The position numbers and the translations under genes were made by a program. Below the pieces are notes generated by a model. It ran no database searches. It was not told the DNA's origin and saw nothing but the letters and a program-made list of their open reading frames with translations. A stretch of 36,101 nucleotides of DNA, from assembly GCA_032718475.1 (NCBI GenBank), contig JAUCBJ010008902.1, positions 1-36,101 of the forward strand, in the 5' to 3' direction. This document shows, piece by piece, positions 33,101-36,101 of the stretch (its first letter is position 1; each line of letters opens with the position of its first letter). Source of the DNA: Nemertoderma westbladi. Lineage: Eukaryota > Animalia > Xenacoelomorpha.

Positions 33101-36100
33101 TTGTCAGTCACTCCTGTTGTAGAAGTGTTAAACCTTGTCAGCCACTCCTGTTGTAGAACTGATAAACGTTGTCCGCCACTCCTGTTGTAGAACTGATAAA
33201 CCTTGTCACCCACTCCAGTTTTAGAACTGATAAACCTTGTCAGCCACTCCAGTTGTAGAACTGAAAAACCTTGACAGCCACTCCTGTTGTAGAACTGATA
33301 AACCTTGTCAGCCACTCCTGTTGTAGAACTGATAAACCTTGTCAGCCACTCCAGTTGAGAACTGATAAACTTTGTCAGCCACTCCTGTTGTAGAACTGAT
33401 AAACCTTGTCAGCCACTCCAGTTTTAGAACTGATAAACCTTGTCAGCCACTCCAGTTGTAGAACTGAAAAACCTTGACAGCCACTCCTGTTGTAGAACTG
33501 ATAAACCTTGTCAGCCACTCCTGTTGTAGAACTGATAAACCTTGTCAGCCACTCCAGTTGAGAACTGATAAACCTTGTCAGCCACTCCTGTTGTAGAACT
33601 GATAAACATTGTCAGCCACTCCTGTTGTAGAACTGATAAACCTTGTCAGCCACTCCTGTTGTAGAACTGAAAAAGCTTGTCAACAACTCCTGTTGTAGAA
33701 CTGATAAACCTTGTCAGTCACTCTTGTTGTAGAACTGATAAACCTTGTCAGCCACTCCTGTTGTAGAACTGATAAAGCTTGTCAACCACTCCTGTTGTAG
33801 AACTGATAAACCTTGTCAGCCATTCCTGTTGTAGAACTGATAAACCTTGTCAATCACTCTTGTTGTAGAACTGATAAAATTAGTCAGTCACTCCTGTTGT
33901 AGAAGTGTTAAACCTTGTCAGTCACTCCTGTTGTAGAACTGGTAAACCTTGTCAGCCACTCCTGTTGTAGAACTGATAAACCTTGTCAGTCACTCCTGTT
34001 GTAGAACTGATAAACCTTGTCAGCCACTCCTGTTGTAGAACTGATAAACTTTGTCAGCCACTCCTGTTGTAGAACTGATAAACCTTGTCAGTCACTCCTG
34101 TTGTAGAACTGATAAACTTTGTCAGCCACTCCTGTTGTAGAACTGATAAACTTTGTCAGCCACTCCTGTTGTGGAACTGATAAACATTGTCAGCCACTCC
34201 TGTTGTAGAATTGACAAACCATATCAGCCACTCTAGTTGTAGAACTGATAAACCATGTCAGCCACTCCTGTTGTAGAACTGATAAACTTTGTCAGCCACT
34301 CCTGTTGTAGAACTGACAAACCTTGTCAGCCACTCATGTTGTAGAACTGATAAACATTGTCAGCCACTCCTGTTGTAGAAATAATAAACCTTGTCAGCCA
34401 CTCCTGTTGTAGAACTGACAAACCATATCAGCCACTCTAGTTGTAGAACTGATAAACCATGTCAGCCACTCCTGTTGTAGAACTAATAAACTTTGTCAGC
34501 CACTCCTGTTGTAGAACTGATAAACCTTGTCAGCCACTCCTGTTGTAGAACTGATAAACCTTGTCAGCCACTCCTGTTGTAGAACTGATAAACTTTGTCA
34601 GTCACTCCTGTTGTAGAACTGATAAACCTTGTCAGCCACTCCTGTTGTAGAACTGATAAACTTTGTCAGCCACTCCTGTTGTAGAACTGATAAACCTTGT
34701 CAGTTACTCCTGTTGTAGAACTGATAAACTTTGTCAGCCACTCCTGTTGTAGAACTGATAAACCTTGTCAGCCACTCCAGTTGTAGAACTGATAAACCTT
34801 ATCAGCCACTCCAGTTGTAGAACTGATAAACCTTGACAGCCACTCCTGTTGTAGAACTGATAAACCTTGTCAGCCACTCCTGTTGTAGAACTGATAAACC
34901 TTGTCAGCCGCTCCAGTTGTAGAACTGATAAACCTTGTCAGCCACTCCTGTTGTAGAACTGATAAACCTTGTCAACCACTCCTGTTGTATAACTGATAAA
35001 CTTTGTCAGTCACTCCTGTTGTAGAAGTGTTAAACCTTGTCAGCCACTCCTGTTGTAGAACTGATAAACGTTGTCCGCCACTCCTGTTGTAGAACTGATA
35101 AACCTTGTCACCCACTCCAGTTTTAGAACTGATAAACCTTGTCAGCCACTCCAGTTGTAGAACTGAAAAACCTTGACAGCCACTCCTGTTGTAGAACTGA
35201 TAAACCTTGTCAGCCACTCCTGTTGTAGAACTGATAAACCTTGTCAGCCACTCCAGTTGAGAACTGATAAACTTTGTCAGCCACTCCTGTTGTAGAACTG
35301 ATAAACCTTGTCAGCCACTCCAGTTTTAGAACTGATAAACCTTGTCAGCCACTCCAGTTGTAGAACTGAAAAACCTTGACAGCCACTCCTGTTGTAGAAC
35401 TGATAAACCTTGTCAGCCACTCCTGTTGTAGAACTGATAAACCTTGTCAGCCATTCCAGTTGAGAACTGATAAACCTTGTCAGCCACTCCTGTTGTAGAA
35501 CTGATAAACATTGTCAGCCACTCCTGTTGTAGAACTGATAAACCTTGTCAGCCACTCCTGTTGTAGAACTGAAAAAGCTTGTCAACAACTCCTGTTGTAG
35601 AACTGATAAACCTTGTCAGTCACTCCTGTTGTAGAACTGATAAACCTTGTCAGCCACTCCTGTTGTAGAACTGATAAAGCTTGTCAACCACTCCTGTTGT
35701 AGAACTGATAAACCTTGTCAGCCATTCCTGTTGTAGAACTGATAAACCTTGTCAATCACTCTTGTTGTAGAACTGATAAACTTAGTCAGTCACTCCTGTT
35801 GTAGAAGTGTTAAACCTTGTCAGCCACTCTTGTTGTAGAACTGATAAACCTTGTCAGCCACTCCTGTTGTAGAACTGATAAAGCTTGTCAACCACTCCTG
35901 TTGTAGAACTGATAAACCTTGTCAGCCATTCCTGTTGTAGAACTGATAAACCTTGTCAGCCACTCCTGTTGTAGAACTGATAAACATTGTCAGCCACTCC
36001 TGTTTTAGAACTGATAAACCTTGTCAGCCACTCCTGTTGTAGAACTGATAAACCTTGTCAGCCACTCCTGTTGTAGAACTGATAAATCTTGTCAGCCACT

Positions 36101-36101
36101 C
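21150..36101. repeat. 34-bp satellite, ~440 copies in the window, consensus GTCAGCCACTCCTGTTGTAGAACTGATAAACCTT, continuing past the window end
   Basis: Unit counted directly; head-to-tail, no spacers, highly homogeneous. Confidence 0.99.

Noticed and set aside
21517-35217. 81-aa minus-strand ORFs in the satellite
   Set aside because: The 34-bp period cycles through all frames and normally hits TGA; these ORFs exist only where point variants remove that stop.
21150-36101. CRISPR array (34-bp partly palindromic repeat)
   Set aside because: Units are head-to-tail with no unique spacers, no cas genes are present, and the context is eukaryotic.

Overview
This looks like AT-rich eukaryotic, probably invertebrate, genomic DNA that is almost entirely mobile or repetitive. 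In order: (1) the 3' ~5.6 kb of a BEL/Pao LTR retrotransposon (gag-PR-RT-RNaseH-IN, one frameshift, PPT, 3' LTR); (2) a decayed peptidyl-tRNA hydrolase 2 (PTH2/PTRH2) copy; (3) an isolated terminal exon of a gamma-butyrobetaine dioxygenase-like gene on the minus strand; (4) a ~5 kb 33-bp minisatellite with higher-order duplications inside a disrupted minus-strand ORF, flanked by two copies of a GGGGAC-rich palindromic module and (TATG)n tracts; (5) a TTAA-flanked TIR element; (6) a CCAAT-box and micro-exon leader followed by a 182-aa ORF ending in a PC4-like motif; (7) a ~980-nt CpG-rich segment (20166-21147) that folds by eye into a multi-domain RNA with long-range closing helices; (8) a >=15 kb 34-bp palindromic satellite with kb-scale higher-order repeats running off the window end. 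The putative structured RNA starts 2 nt after the ORF stop and ends at the satellite. It is the most unusual feature, and I could not assign it to a known family by eye. All pairings and counts are manual.
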